Notes under the pieces: model-generated
Database searches by the model: none
The model's input: only the letters and a program-made list of their open reading frames with translations
Told to the model about the DNA's origin: nothing
Shown here: positions 25,961 through 41,100 of the stretch, piece after piece
How the letters are laid out: the number at the start of each line of letters is the position of its first letter
How positions within the stretch are numbered: position 1 is the stretch's first letter
Assembly: GCA_964016885.1 (NCBI GenBank)
Contig: OZ024740.1
Span: forward strand, 22,072,001-22,136,000
Origin: Eledone cirrhosa
Taxonomy: Eukaryota
Length of the DNA: 64,000 nucleotides
Reading direction: 5' to 3'
Made by a program: the position numbers and the translations under genes

Positions 25961-26240
25961 ATGAAATCATATTGTCTGATGCAATATAATAATAATAAAA
26001 AAAGAGGGTTTGGGGATATTGAATATAAGTGTCATAAAATATTGTACCGAGCTAATGTATGCAAGGGCTCGCAACTCTATCCTGGGGAAGTCGTAGGGGC
26101 ACTGTATTGAGATACAGCATTTCTAGAGGACTTTTTAAAACCTAGTGGAGCCCAGCACTTCTCCATGTCTGAACACAGCAGGTTTCTTTCAGAGAAGGAT
26201 GAGAGAGTGAGAGAAGGATGAGAGAATGAGATAGAGTGGA

Positions 26241-28047
26241 AGAATCGACTCCAGTACTTGACTGGTACTTTTTTTTATCGACTTGGACTGGATGAAAGGT
26301 AAAGTTTACCTTTAAAGTTGAACCGTTCTATCTTACGTTCTAACCACTCTACCATTCTATCTTACGTTCTAACCACTCTACCATTCTATCTGACGTTCTA
26401 ACCACTCTACCATTCTATCTGACGTTCTAACCACTCTACCATTCTATCTGACGTTCTAACCACTCTACCATTCTATCTGACGTTCTAAGAACTCTACCAT
26501 TCTATCTGACGTTCTAACCACTCTACTATTCTATCTGACATTCTAACCACTCTACTATTCTATCTGACTTTCTAACCACTCTACCATTCTAACTGACGTT
26601 CTAACAACTCTACCATTCTAACTGACGTTCTAACCACTCTACTGTTCTATCTGACCTTCTAACCACTCTACCATTCTAACTGACGTTCTAACAACTGTAC
26701 CATTCTATCTGACGTTCTAACCACTCTACCATTCTATCTGACGTTCTAACCACTCTACTATTCTAACTGACGTTCTCACAACACTACCATTCTATCTGAC
26801 GTTCTAACCACTCTACCATTCTAACTGACGTTCTAACAACTCTACCATTCTATCTGACGTTCTAACAACTCTACCATTCTATCTGTCGTTCTAAACACTC
26901 TACCATTCTATCTGACGTTCTAACCACTCTACTATTCTATCTGACGTTCTAACAACTCTACCATTCTATCTGTCGTTCTAAACACTCTACCATTCTATCT
27001 GACGTTCTAACCACTCTACTATTCTATCTGACGTTCTAACCACTCTACCATTCTATCTGACGTTCTAGCGACTCTACCATTCTATCTGACGTTCTAACCA
27101 CTCTACCATTCTATCTGACGTTCTAACCACTCTACCATTTATCTGACGTTTTAACCACTCTACCATTCCATCTGACGTTCTAACCACTATACCATTATAT
27201 CTAACGTTCTAACCACTCTGCCATTCTATCTGACGTTCTAACCACTCTACCATTCTAACTGACGTTCTAACAACTCTACCATTCTAACTGACGTTCTAAC
27301 CACTCTACTATTCTATCTGACCTTCTAACCACTCTACCATTCTAACTGACGTTCTAACAACTGTACCATTCTATCTGACGTTCTAACCACTCTACCATTC
27401 TATCTGACGTTCTAACCACTCTACTATTCTAACTGACGTTCTCACAACACTACCATTCTATCTGACGTTCTAACAACTCTGCCATTCTATCTGACGTTCT
27501 AACGACTCTACCATTCTATCTGACGTTCTAACCACTCTACCATTCTATCTGACGTTCTAACCACTCTACCATTCTATCTGACGTTCTAACAACTCTGCCA
27601 TTCTATCTGACGTTCTAACGACTCTACCATTCTATCTGACGTTCTAACCACTCTACCATTCTATCTGACGTTCTAACCACTCCACCATTCTATCTGACGT
27701 TCTAACGACTTTGCCATTCTATCTGATGTTCTAACGACTCTACCATTCTATCTGACATTCTAACGACTCTACCATTCTATCTGACGTTCTAACAACTCTG
27801 CCATTCTATCTGACGTTCTAACAACTCTACCATTCTATCTGACGTTCTAACGACTCTACCATTCTATCTGACGTTCTAACAACTCTACCATTCCATCTGA
27901 CGTTCTAATGACTCTGCCATTCTATCTGACGTTCTAACCACTCGACCATTCTATCTGACGTTCTAACCACTCTGCCATTCTATCTGACGTTCTAACAACT
28001 CTACCATTCTATCTGACGTTCTAACAACTCTGCCAATTCGCCGCCTT
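26241..28047 (-). mobile_element. SINE whose head has expanded into a tandem array
   Basis: 5' end aaggcggcgaattggcagag at 28047 and SINE body (cctttcatcc...gtcgataaaa...gtaccagt) at 26241-26310, on either side of the array. Confidence 0.75.
26325..28035. repeat. 29-bp minisatellite, about 59 copies
   Basis: Unit accactctaccattctatctgacgttcta. Confidence 0.95.
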
Positions 28048-28299
28048 CCGAGGTAATAAAATTCATTTAAAAATATGACCTGGTGAAAAGCAATTTTAAA
28101 GGAAAATATTGTTGTATGTACAAAAATCTACTCTCGGGTCCCAAATAATAGGGGGGTTGGAATAAGCGGGGGGGGGGGGGAGATAAACGGGGATGGAGGT
28201 TGGGAAATCGGTAATTATATAGTGTACGTTGGTAAATATGGGGTTTCTTTTTTGGTCATATATATTTGTTAATGTAAAACAACATTATTAGATTCTCCA

Positions 28300-28492
28300 G
28301 GGCAGTGGATTGGCAGTATCGGTAGAGGATCGCACGCCATGCTTTGCAGCAAAGAGTTACGGCACTTTATGGTCTGAGTTCAAATCCCACCGAAGTTAAC
28401 TTTGCTTTTCATCCTTACGGGGTCGATAAAATAAAGTACCAGTAATAGACTGGGATAATTGCTGGCCTTGTGCCACAAGAAGAAACAATTAT
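28300..28492 (+). mobile_element. tRNA-derived SINE
   Basis: ttggcagtatcggtag, gagttcaaatccc, ttcatccttacggggtcgataaaataaagtaccag and gctggccttgtgcc. Confidence 0.85.
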
Positions 28493-28729
28493 TAGATTCT
28501 CCATCTACTGTATCAATATGAATCACTTACAATAACATTTCGCCGGAGATAGATTAGCAAAATTTAATAAGTGGAGAGGTGGAGGTAGAATAAAAGCAAG
28601 GGGGTTGGAAACAATCTGAAAAATTAACAAAGGCGGTGGCGGGTTATTCAAGACCTAATGAAAATATAACTCTTTGGATTTATCTCCCTTTACAAAGCTG
28701 TTTCTACAAAAACAGACACACTATAGCGT

Positions 28730-28890
28730 CAAACACCATGCTTTGCAGCATAGTTATGGCCCTTTGCGTTCAGAGTTCAAATCCGCTGAGGTTAACTTTG
28801 CCTTTCATCCTTACGAGGTCGATAAAATAAAGTACCAGTGATGCACTCGGGTATTCGCAGGCCTTGTGCCAAAAGTAGAAACACTATTAC
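28730..28890 (+). mobile_element. tRNA-derived SINE, partial
   Basis: Homologous to 28335-28490. Confidence 0.8.
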
Positions 28891-29186
28891 AGGGAGAAAA
28901 AAGAAAAGAAAAAGGAATGAAATGAAGAAAAAGAGAAAGAGTATTAAGCAGCGAAAGAAGGGAGAGTAGGTGGGGGGGGGGGGGGCAGACTTTACAAACC
29001 AGTCTGAAGAGTGTTTCAGCTACGCCCCACGGACAAAATGGCAAAGGCATTATTATCGTGGAGAATGGCCAGAGACACCCGCTGCAACAGCCACGCCACC
29101 TCAAGGGGTTCCTTCCCCAAGGGGACTGCTGTCGTTCCGATCTTGTGGAGATAAACGGCTGGGATCGGCCTTTCCCTTGGACAAAA

Positions 29187-32100
29187 TTGGTGACATATTG
29201 AGGGGAGACATGAGCAACAGTTGGTCTTCCATAACTCACTCTGGTGACATATTGAGGGAGGACATGTACCCATGAGCGACAGCTGGTCTTCCATAAGTCA
29301 CTTTGGTGACATATTGAGGGAGGACATGTACCCATGAGCGACAGTTGGTCTTCCATAACTCACTTTGGTGACATATTGAGGGAGGACATGTACTCATGAG
29401 CGACAGCTGGTCTTCCATAACTCACTTTGGTGACATATTGAGGGAGGACATGTACCCATGAGCGACAGCTGGTCTTCCATAACTCACTTTGGTGACATAT
29501 TGAGGGAGGACATGTACCCATGAGCGACAGCTGGTCTTCCATAACTCACTCTGGTGACATATTGAGGGAGGACATGTACCCATGAGCGACAGTTGGTCTT
29601 CCATAACTCACTTTGGTGACATATTGAGGGAGGACATGTACCCATGAGCGACAGTTGGTCTTCCATAACTCACTTTGGTGACATATTGAGGGAGGACATG
29701 TACACATGAGCGACAGCTGGTCTTCCATAAGTCACTTTGGTGACATATTGAGGGAGGACATGTACACATGAGCGACAGCTGGTCTTCCATAAGTCACTTT
29801 GGTGACATATTGAGGGAGGACATGTACCCATGAGCGACAGTTGGTCTTCCATAACTCACTTTGGTGACATATTGAGGGAGGACATGTATCCACGAGCGAC
29901 AGCTGGTCTTCCATAACTCACTTTGGTGACATATTGAGGGAGGACATGTACCCATGAGCGACAGCTGGTCTTCCATAAGTCACTTTGGTGACATATTGAG
30001 GGAGGACATGTACCCACGAGCGACAGCTGGTCTTCCATAACTCACTTTGGTGACATATTGAGGGAGGACATGTACCCATGAGCGACAGCTGGTCTTCCAT
30101 AACTCACTCTGGTGACATATTGTGGGTGGACATGTACCCATGAGCGACAGTTGGTCTTCCATAACTCACTTTGGTGACATATTGAGGGAGGACATGTACC
30201 CATGAGTGACAGTTGGTCTTCCATAACTCACTTTGGTGACATATTGAGGGAGGACATGTACCCATGAGCGACAGCTGGTCTTCCATAACTCACTCTGGTG
30301 ACATATTGAGGGAGGACATGTACTCATGAGCGACAGTTGGTCTTCCATAACTCACTTTGGTGACATATTGTGGGTGGACATGTACCCATGAGCGACAGTT
30401 GGTCTTCCATAACTCACTTTGGTGACATATTGTGGGTGGACATGTACCCATGAGCGACAGCTGGTCTTCCATAACTCACTTTGGTGACATATTGAGGGAG
30501 GACATGTACCCATGAGCGACAGTTGGACTTCCATAAGTCACTTTGGTGACATATTGAGGGAGGACATGTACTCATGAGCGACAGTTGGTCTTCCATAACT
30601 CACTTTGGTGACATATTGTGGGTGGACATGTACCCATGAGCGACAGTTGGACTTCCATAAGTCACTTTGGTGACATATTGAGGGAGGACATGTACTCATG
30701 AGCGACAGTTGGTCTTCCATAACTCACTTTGGTGACATATTGTGGGAGGAACATGTACCCATGAGCGACAGTTGGTCTTCCATAACTCACTTTGGTGACA
30801 TATTGTGGGTGGACATGTACCCATGAGCGACAGTTGGTCTTCCATAAGTAACTTTGGTGACGTATTGAAGGAGGACATGTACCCATGAGCGACAGTTGGT
30901 CTTCCATAAGTCACCTTGGTGACATATTGTGGGTGGACATGTACCCATGAGCGACAGTTGGTCTTCCATAATCACTTTGGTGACATATTGAGGGAGGACA
31001 TGTACCCATGAGCGACAGTTGGTCTTCCATAAGTCACTTTGGTGACATATTGAAGGAGGACATGTACCCACGAGCGACAGCTGGTCTTCCATAAGTCACT
31101 TTGGTGACATATTGAGGGAGGACATGTACCCATGAGCGACAGCTGGTCTTCCATAACTCACTTTGTTGACATATTGAGGGAGGACATGAACCCACGAGCG
31201 ACAGCTGGTCTTCCATAACTCACTTTGTTGACATATTGTGGGAGGACATGTACCCATGAGCGACAGCTGGTCTTCCATAACTCACTTTGTTGACATATTG
31301 TGGGAGGACATGTACCCATGAGCGACAGTTGGTCTTCCATAACTCACTTTGTTGACATATTGTGGGAGGACATGTACCCATGAGCGACAGCTGGTCTTCC
31401 ATAACTCACTTTGTTGACATATTGTGGGAGGACATGTACCCATGAGCGACAGTTGGTCTTCCATAACTCACTTTGGTGACATATTGAGGGAGGACATGTA
31501 CCCATGAGCGACAGTTGGTCTTCCATAACTCACTTTGGTGACATATTGAAGGAGGACATGTACCCACGAGCGACAGCTGGTCTTCCATAACTCACTTTGG
31601 TGACATATTGAGGGAGGACATGTACCCACGAGCGACAGCTGGTCTTCCATAACTCACTTTGGTGACATATTGAGGGAGGACATGTACCCACGAGCGACAG
31701 CTGGTCTTCCATAACTCACTTTGGTGACATATTGAGGGAGGACATGTACCCACGAGCGACAGCTGGTCTTCCATAACTCACTTTGGTGACATATTGAGGG
31801 AGGACATGTACCCACGAGCGACAGTTGGTCTTCCATAACTCACTTTGGTGACATATTGAGGGAGGACATGTACCCACGAGCGACAGCTGGTCTTCCATAA
31901 CTCACTTTGTTGACATATTGAGGGAGGACATGTACCCACGAGCGACAGCTGGTCTTCCATAACTCACTTTGTTGACATATTGAGGGAGGACATGTACCCA
32001 TGAGCGACAGCTGGTCTTCCATAAGTCACTTTGGTGACATATTGAAGGAGGACATGTACCCACGAGCGACAGCTGGTCTTCCATAAGTCACTTTGGTGAC

Positions 32101-35100
32101 ATATTGAGGGAGGACATGTACCCATGAGCGACAGCTGGTCTTCCATAACTCACTTTGTTGACATATTGAGGGAGGACATGTACCCACGAGCGACAGCTGG
32201 TCTTCCATAACTCACTTTGGTGACATATTGAGGGAGGACATGTACCCACGAGCGACAGCTGGTCTTCCATAACTCACTTTGGTGACATATTGAGGGAGGA
32301 CATGTACCCACGAGCGACAGCTGGTCTTCCATAACTCACTTTGGTGACATATTGAGGGAGGACATGTACCCACGAGCGACAGTTGGTCTTCCATAACTCA
32401 CTTTGGTGACATATTGAGGGAGGACATGTACCCACGAGCGACAGCTGGTCTTCCATAACTCACTTTGTTGACATATTGAGGGAGGACATGTACCCACGAG
32501 CGACAGCTGGTCTTCCATAACTCACTCTGGTGACATATTGTGGGTGGACATGTACCCATGAGCGACAGTTGGACTTCCATAAGTCACTTTGGTGACATAT
32601 TGAGGGAGGACATGTACCCACGAGCGACAGTTGGTCTTCCATAACTCACTTTGGTGACATATTGTGGGTGGACATGTACCCATGAGCGACAGTTGGTCTT
32701 CCATAACTCACTTTGGTGACATATTGTGGGTGGACATGTACCCATGAGCGACAGCTGGTCTTCCATAACTCACTTTGGTGACATATTGAGGGAGGACATG
32801 TACCCATGAGCGACAGTTGGACTTCCATAAGTCACTTTGGTGACATATTGAGGGAGGACATGTACTCATGAGCGACAGTTGGTCTTCCATAACTCACTTT
32901 GGTGACATATTGTGGGTGGACATGTACCCATGAGCGACAGTTGGACTTCCATAAGTCACTTTGGTGACATATTGAGGGAGGACATGTACTCATGAGCGAC
33001 AGTTGGTCTTCCATAACTCACTTTGGTGACATATTGTGGGAGGAACATGTACCCATGAGCGACAGTTGGTCTTCCATAACTCACTTTGGTGACATATTGT
33101 GGGTGGACATGTACCCATGAGCGACAGTTGGTCTTCCATAAGTAACTTTGGTGACGTATTGAAGGAGGACATGTACCCATGAGCGACAGTTGGTCTTCCA
33201 TAAGTCACCTTGGTGACATATTGTGGGTGGACATGTACCCATGAGCGACAGTTGGTCTTCCATAATCACTTTGGTGACATATTGAGGGAGGACATGTACC
33301 CATGAGCGACAGTTGGTCTTCCATAAGTCACTTTGGTGACATATTGAAGGAGGACATGTACCCACGAGCGACAGCTGGTCTTCCATAAGTCACTTTGGTG
33401 ACATATTGAGGGAGGACATGTACCCATGAGCGACAGCTGGTCTTCCATAACTCACTTTGTTGACATATTGAGGGAGGACATGAACCCACGAGCGACAGCT
33501 GGTCTTCCATAACTCACTTTGTTGACATATTGTGGGAGGACATGTACCCATGAGCGACAGCTGGTCTTCCATAACTCACTTTGTTGACATATTGTGGGAG
33601 GACATGTACCCATGAGCGACAGTTGGTCTTCCATAACTCACTTTGTTGACATATTGTGGGAGGACATGTACCCATGAGCGACAGCTGGTCTTCCATAACT
33701 CACTTTGTTGACATATTGTGGGAGGACATGTACCCATGAGCGACAGTTGGTCTTCCATAACTCACTTTGGTGACATATTGAGGGAGGACATGTACCCATG
33801 AGCGACAGTTGGTCTTCCATAACTCACTTTGGTGACATATTGAAGGAGGACATGTACCCACGAGCGACAGCTGGTCTTCCATAACTCACTTTGGTGACAT
33901 ATTGAGGGAGGACATGTACCCACGAGCGACAGCTGGTCTTCCATAACTCACTTTGGTGACATATTGAGGGAGGACATGTACCCACGAGCGACAGCTGGTC
34001 TTCCATAACTCACTTTGGTGACATATTGAGGGAGGACATGTACCCACGAGCGACAGCTGGTCTTCCATAACTCACTTTGGTGACATATTGAGGGAGGACA
34101 TGTACCCACGAGCGACAGTTGGTCTTCCATAACTCACTTTGGTGACATATTGAGGGAGGACATGTACCCACGAGCGACAGCTGGTCTTCCATAACTCACT
34201 TTGTTGACATATTGAGGGAGGACATGTACCCACGAGCGACAGCTGGTCTTCCATAACTCACTTTGTTGACATATTGAGGGAGGACATGTACCCATGAGCG
34301 ACAGCTGGTCTTCCATAAGTCACTTTGGTGACATATTGAAGGAGGACATGTACCCACGAGCGACAGCTGGTCTTCCATAAGTCACTTTGGTGACATATTG
34401 AGGGAGGACATGTACCCATGAGCGACAGCTGGTCTTCCATAACTCACTTTGTTGACATATTGAGGGAGGACATGTACCCACGAGCGACAGCTGGTCTTCC
34501 ATAACTCACTTTGGTGACATATTGAGGGAGGACATGTACCCACGAGCGACAGCTGGTCTTCCATAACTCACTTTGGTGACATATTGAGGGAGGACATGTA
34601 CCCACGAGCGACAGCTGGTCTTCCATAACTCACTTTGGTGACATATTGAGGGAGGACATGTACCCACGAGCGACAGTTGGTCTTCCATAACTCACTTTGG
34701 TGACATATTGAGGGAGGACATGTACCCACGAGCGACAGCTGGTCTTCCATAACTCACTTTGTTGACATATTGAGGGAGGACATGTACCCACGAGCGACAG
34801 CTGGTCTTCCATAACTCACTCTGGTGACATATTGAGGGAGGACATGTACCCATGAGCGACAGTTGGTCTTCCATAAGTCACTTTGGTGACATATTGAGGG
34901 AGGACATGTACCAAGGAGCGACAGCTGGTCTTCCATAACTCACTTTGGTGACATATTGAGGGAGGACATGTACCCATGAGCGACAGCTGGTCTTCCATAA
35001 CTCACTTTGTTGACATATTGAGGGAGGACATGTACCCACGAGCGACAGCTGGTCTTCCATAACTCACTCTGGTGACATATTGAGGGAGGACATGTACCCA

Positions 35101-38100
35101 TGAGCGACAGTTGGTCTTCCATAAGTCACTTTGGTGACATATTGAGGGAGGACATGTACCCACGAGCGACAGCTGGTCTTCCATAACTCACTCTGGTGAC
35201 ATATTGAGGGAGGACATGTACCAAGGAGCGACAGCTGGTCTTCCATAACTCACTTTGGTGACATATTGAGGGAGGACATGTACCCATGAGCGACAGCTGG
35301 TCTTCCATAACTCACTTTGTTGACATATTGAGGGAGGACATGTACCCACGAGCGACAGCTGGTCTTCCATAACTCACTCTGGTGACATATTGAGGGAGGA
35401 CATGTACCCATGAGCGACAGTTGGTCTTCCATAAGTCACTTTGGTGACATATTGAGGGAGGACATGTACCAAGGAGCGACAGCTGGTCTTCCATAACTCA
35501 CTTTGGTGACATATTGAGGGAGGACATGTACCCATGAGCGACAGCTGGTCTTCCATAACTCACTTTGGTGACATATTGAGGGAGGACATGTACCCACGAG
35601 CAACAGCTGGTCTTCCATAACTCACTTTGGTGACATATTGAGGGAGGACATGTACCCATGAGCGACAGCTGGTCTTCCATAAGACACTTTGGTGACATAT
35701 TGACGGAGGACATGTACCCACGAGCGACAGCTGGTCTTCCATAACTCACTTTGGTGACATATTGAGGGAGGACATGTACCCATGAGCGACAGTTGGTCTT
35801 CCATAAGTCACTTGGTGACATATTGAGGGAGGACATGTACCCATGAGCGACAGTTGGTCTTCCATAAGTCACTTGGTGACATATTTAGGGAGGACATGTA
35901 CTCATGAGCGACAGCTGGTCTTCCATAACTCACTTTGGTGACATATTGAGGGAGGACATGTACCCATGAGCGACAGTTGGTCTTCCATAAGTCATTTGGT
36001 GACATATTGAGGGAGGACATGTACCCATGAGCGACAGTTGGTCTTCCATAACTCACTTTGGTGACATATTGAGGGAGGACATGTACCCACGAGCGACAGC
36101 TGGTCTTCCATAACTCACTTTGGTGACATATTGAGGGAGGACATGTACCCATGAGCGACAGCTGGTCTTCCATAACTCACTCTGGTGACATATTGAGGGA
36201 GGACATGTACTCATGAGCGACAGTTGGTCTTCCATAACTCACTTTGGTGACATATTGAGGGAGGACATGTACCCATGAGCGACAGTTGGTCTTCCATAAG
36301 TCACTTGGTGACATATTGAAGGAGGACATGTACCCATGAGCGACAGTTGGTCTTCCATAACTCACTTTGGTGACATATTGAGGGAGGACATGTACCCATG
36401 AGCGACAGTTGGTCTTCCATAAGTCACTTGGTGACATATTGAAGGAGGACATGTACCCATGAGCGACAGCTGGTCTTCCATAACTCACTTTGGTGACATA
36501 TTGAGGGAGGACATGTACCCACGAGCGACAGCTGGTCTTCCATAACTCACTTTGGTGACATATTGAGGGAGGACATGTACCCATGAGCGACAGCTGGTCT
36601 TCCATAAGTCACTTTGGTGACATATTGAGGGAGGACATGTACCCATGAGCGACAGTTGGTCTTCCATAACTCACTTTGGTGACATATTGAGGGAGGACAT
36701 GTACCCATGAGCGACAGTTGGTCTTCCATAACTCACTTTTGTGACATATTGAGGGAGGACATGTACCCACGAGCGACAGCTGGTCTTCCATAACTCACTT
36801 GGTGACATATTGAGGGAGGACATGTACCCATGAGCGACAGTTGGTCTTCCATAACTCACTTTGGTGACATATTGAGGGAGGACATGTACCCACGAGCGAC
36901 AGCTGGTCTTCCATAACTCACTTTGGTGACATATTGAGGGAGGACATGTACCAATGAGCGACAGCTGGTCTTCCATAAGTCACTTTGGTGACATATTGAG
37001 GGAGGACATGTACCCATGAGCGACAGCTGGTCTTCCATAAGTCATTTGGTGACATATTGAGGGAGGACATGTACCCATGAGCGACAGTTGGTCTTCCATA
37101 AGTCACTTTGGTGACATATTGAGGGAGGACATGTACCCATGAGCGACAGTTGGTCTTCCATAACTCACTTTGTTGACATATTGAAGGAGGACATGTACCC
37201 ATGAGCGACAGCTGGTCTTCCATAACTCACTTTGGTGACATATTGAGGGAGGACATGTACCCACGAGCGACAGCTGGTCTTCCATAACTCACTTTGGTGA
37301 CATATTGAGGGAGGACATGTACCCACGAGCGACAGCTGGTCTTCCATAACTCACTTTGGTGACATATTGAGGGAGGACATGTACCCATGAGCGACAGTTG
37401 GTCTTCCATAACTCACTTTGGTGACATATTGAGGGAGGACATGTACCCATGAGCGACAGTTGGTCTTCCATAACTCACTTTGGTGACATATTGAGGGAGG
37501 ACATGTACCCACGAGCGACAGCTGGTCTTCCATAACTCACTTTGGTGACATATTGAAGGAGGACATGTACCCACGAGCGACAGCTGGTCTTCCATAACTC
37601 ACTTTGGTGACATATTGAGGGAGGACATGTACCCATGAGCGACAGTTGGTCTTCCATAACTCACTTTGTTGACATATTGAGGGAGGACATGTACTCATGA
37701 GCGACAGTTGGTCTTCCATAACTCACTTTGGTGACATATTGAGGGAGGACATGTACCCATGAGCGACAGTTGGTCTTCCATAACTCACTTTGGTGACATA
37801 TTGAGGGAGGACATGTACCCATGAGCGACAGTTGGTCTTCCATAACTCACTTTGTTGACATATTGAGGGAGGACATGTACCCACGAGCGACAGCTGGTCT
37901 TCCATAACTCACTTTGGTGACATATTGAGGGAGGACATGTACCCATGAGCGACAGCTGGTCTTCCATAACTCACTTTGGTGACATATTGAGGGAGGACAT
38001 GTACTCATGAGCGACAGTTGGTCTTCCATAACTCACTTTGGTGACATATTGAGGGAGGACATGTACCCATGAGCGACAGTTGGTCTTCCATAAGTCACTT

Positions 38101-41100
38101 GGTGACATATTGAGGGAGGACATGTACCCATGAGCGACAGTTGGTCTTCCATAACTCACTTTGGTGACATATTGTGGGAGGACATGTACCCATGAGCGAC
38201 AGATGGTCTTCCATAACTCACTCTGGTGACATATTGAGGGAGGACATGTAATCATGAGCGACAGTTGGTCTTCCATAACTCACTTTGGTGACATATTGAG
38301 GGAGGACATGTACCCATGAGCGACAGTTGGTCTTCCATAAGTCACTTGGTGACATATTGAAGGAGGACATGTACCCATGAGCGACAGTTGGTCTTCCATA
38401 ACTCACTTTGGTGACATATTGAGGGAAGACATGTACCCATGAGCGACAGCTGGTCTTCCATAACTCACTCTGGTGACATATTGAGGGAGGACATGAACTC
38501 ATGAGCGACAGTTGGTCTTCCATAACTCACTTTGGTGACATATTGAAGGAGGACATGTACCCATGAGCGACAGTTGGTCTTCCATAACTCACTTTGGTGA
38601 CATATTGAGGGAAGACATGTACCCATGAGCGACAGCTGGTCTTCCATAACTCACTTTGGTGACATATTGAGGGAGGACATGTACTCATGAGCGACAGTTG
38701 GTCTTCCATAACTCACTTTGGTGACATATTGAGGGAGGACATGTACCCATGAGCGACAGTTGGTCTTCCATAACTCACTTTGGTGACATATTGAGGGAGG
38801 ACATGTACTCATGAGCGATAGTTGGTCTTCCATAACTCACTTTGGTGACATATTGAGGGAGGACATGTACCCATGAGCGACAGTTGGTCTTCCATAACTC
38901 ACTTTGGTGACATATTGAGGGAGGACATGTACTCATGAGCGACAGCTGGTCTTCCATAACTCACTCTGGTGACATATTGAGGGAGGACATGTACTCATGA
39001 GCGACAGTTGGTCTTCCATAACTCACTTTGGTGACATATTGTGGGTGGACATGTACCCATGAGCGACAGTTGGTCTTCCATAAGTCACTTTGGTGACATA
39101 TTGAGGGAGGACATGTACTCATGAGCGACAGTTGGTCTTCCATAACTCACTTTGGTGACATATTGTGGGAGGACATGTACCCATGAGCGACAGCTGGTCT
39201 TCCATAACTCACTCTGGTGACATATTAAGGGAGGACATGTACCCATGAGCGACAGTTGGACTTCCATAAGTCACTTTGGTGACATATTCTGGGAGGCCAT
39301 GTACCCATGAGCAACAGTTGGTCTTCCATAACTCACTTTGGTGACATATTGAGGGAGGACATGTACTCATGAGCGACAGTTGGTCTTCCATAACTCACTT
39401 TGGTGACATATTGTGGGAGGACATGTACCCATGAGCGACAGCTGGTCTTCCATAACTCACTTTGGTGACATATTGAGGGAGGACATGTACTCATGAGCGA
39501 CAGTTGGTCTTCCATAACTCACTTTGGTGACATATTGAGGGAGGACATGTACCCATGAGCGACAGTTGGTCTTCCATAAGTCACTTGGTGACATATTGAG
39601 GGAGGACATGTACCCATGAGCGACAGTTGGTCTTCCATAACTCACTTTGGTGACATATTGTGGGAGGACATGTACCCATGAGCGACAGCTGGTCTTCCAT
39701 AACTCACTCTGGTGACATATTGAGGGAGGACATGTAATCATGAGCGACAGTTGGTCTTCCATAACTCACTTTGGTGACATATTGAGGGAGGACATGTACC
39801 CATGAGCGACAGTTGGTCTTCCATAAGTCACTTGTTGACATATTGAAGGAGGACATGTACCCATGAGCGACAGTTGGTCTTCCATAACTCACTTTGGTGA
39901 CATATTGAGGGAAGACATGTACCCATGAGCGACAGCTGGTCTTCCATAACTCACTCTGGTGACATATTGAGGGAGGACATGAACTCATGAGCGACAGTTG
40001 GTCTTCCATAACTCACTTTGGTGACATATTGAAGGAGGACATGTACCCATGAGCGACAGTTGGTCTTCCATAACTCACTTTGGTGACATATTGAGGGAAG
40101 ACATGTACCCATGAGCGACAGCTGGTCTTCCATAACTCACTTTGGTGACATATTGAGGGAGGACATGTACTCATGAGCGACAGTTGGTCTTCCATAACTC
40201 ACTTTGGTGACATATTGAGGGAGGACATGTACCCATGAGCGACAGTTGGTCTTCCATAACTCACTTTGGTGACATATTGAGGGAGGACATGTACTCATGA
40301 GCGATAGTTGGTCTTCCATAACTCACTTTGGTGACATATTGAGGGAGGACATGTACCCATGAGCGACAGTTGGTCTTCCATAACTCACTTTGGTGACATA
40401 TTGAGGGAGGACATGTACTCATGAGCGACAGCTGGTCTTCCATAACTCACTCTGGTGACATATTGAGGGAGGACATGTACTCATGAGCGACAGTTGGTCT
40501 TCCATAACTCACTTTGGTGACATATTGTGGGTGGACATGTACCCATGAGCGACAGTTGGTCTTCCATAAGTCACTTTGGTGACATATTGAGGGAGGACAT
40601 GTACTCATGAGCGACAGTTGGTCTTCCATAACTCACTTTGGTGACATATTGTGGGAGGACATGTACCCATGAGCGACAGCTGGTCTTCCATAACTCACTC
40701 TGGTGACATATTAAGGGAGGACATGTACCCATGAGCGACAGTTGGACTTCCATAAGTCACTTTGGTGACATATTCTGGGAGGCCATGTACCCATGAGCAA
40801 CAGTTGGTCTTCCATAACTCACTTTGGTGACATATTGAGGGAGGACATGTACTCATGAGCGACAGTTGGTCTTCCATAACTCACTTTGGTGACATATTGT
40901 GGGAGGACATGTACCCATGAGCGACAGCTGGTCTTCCATAACTCACTCTGGTGACATATTGAGGGAGGACATGTACCCATGAGCGACAGTTGGACTTCCA
41001 TAAGTCACTTTGGTGACATATTGTGGGAGGCCATGTACCCATGAGCAACAGTTGGTCTTCCATAACTCACTTTGGTGACATATTGAGGGAGGACATGTAC

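Noticed and set aside
26030-26190. Possible R4/Dong-like LINE 3' end on minus (VLGSTRF*KVL*)
   Set aside because: The match is too short and degenerate to support.
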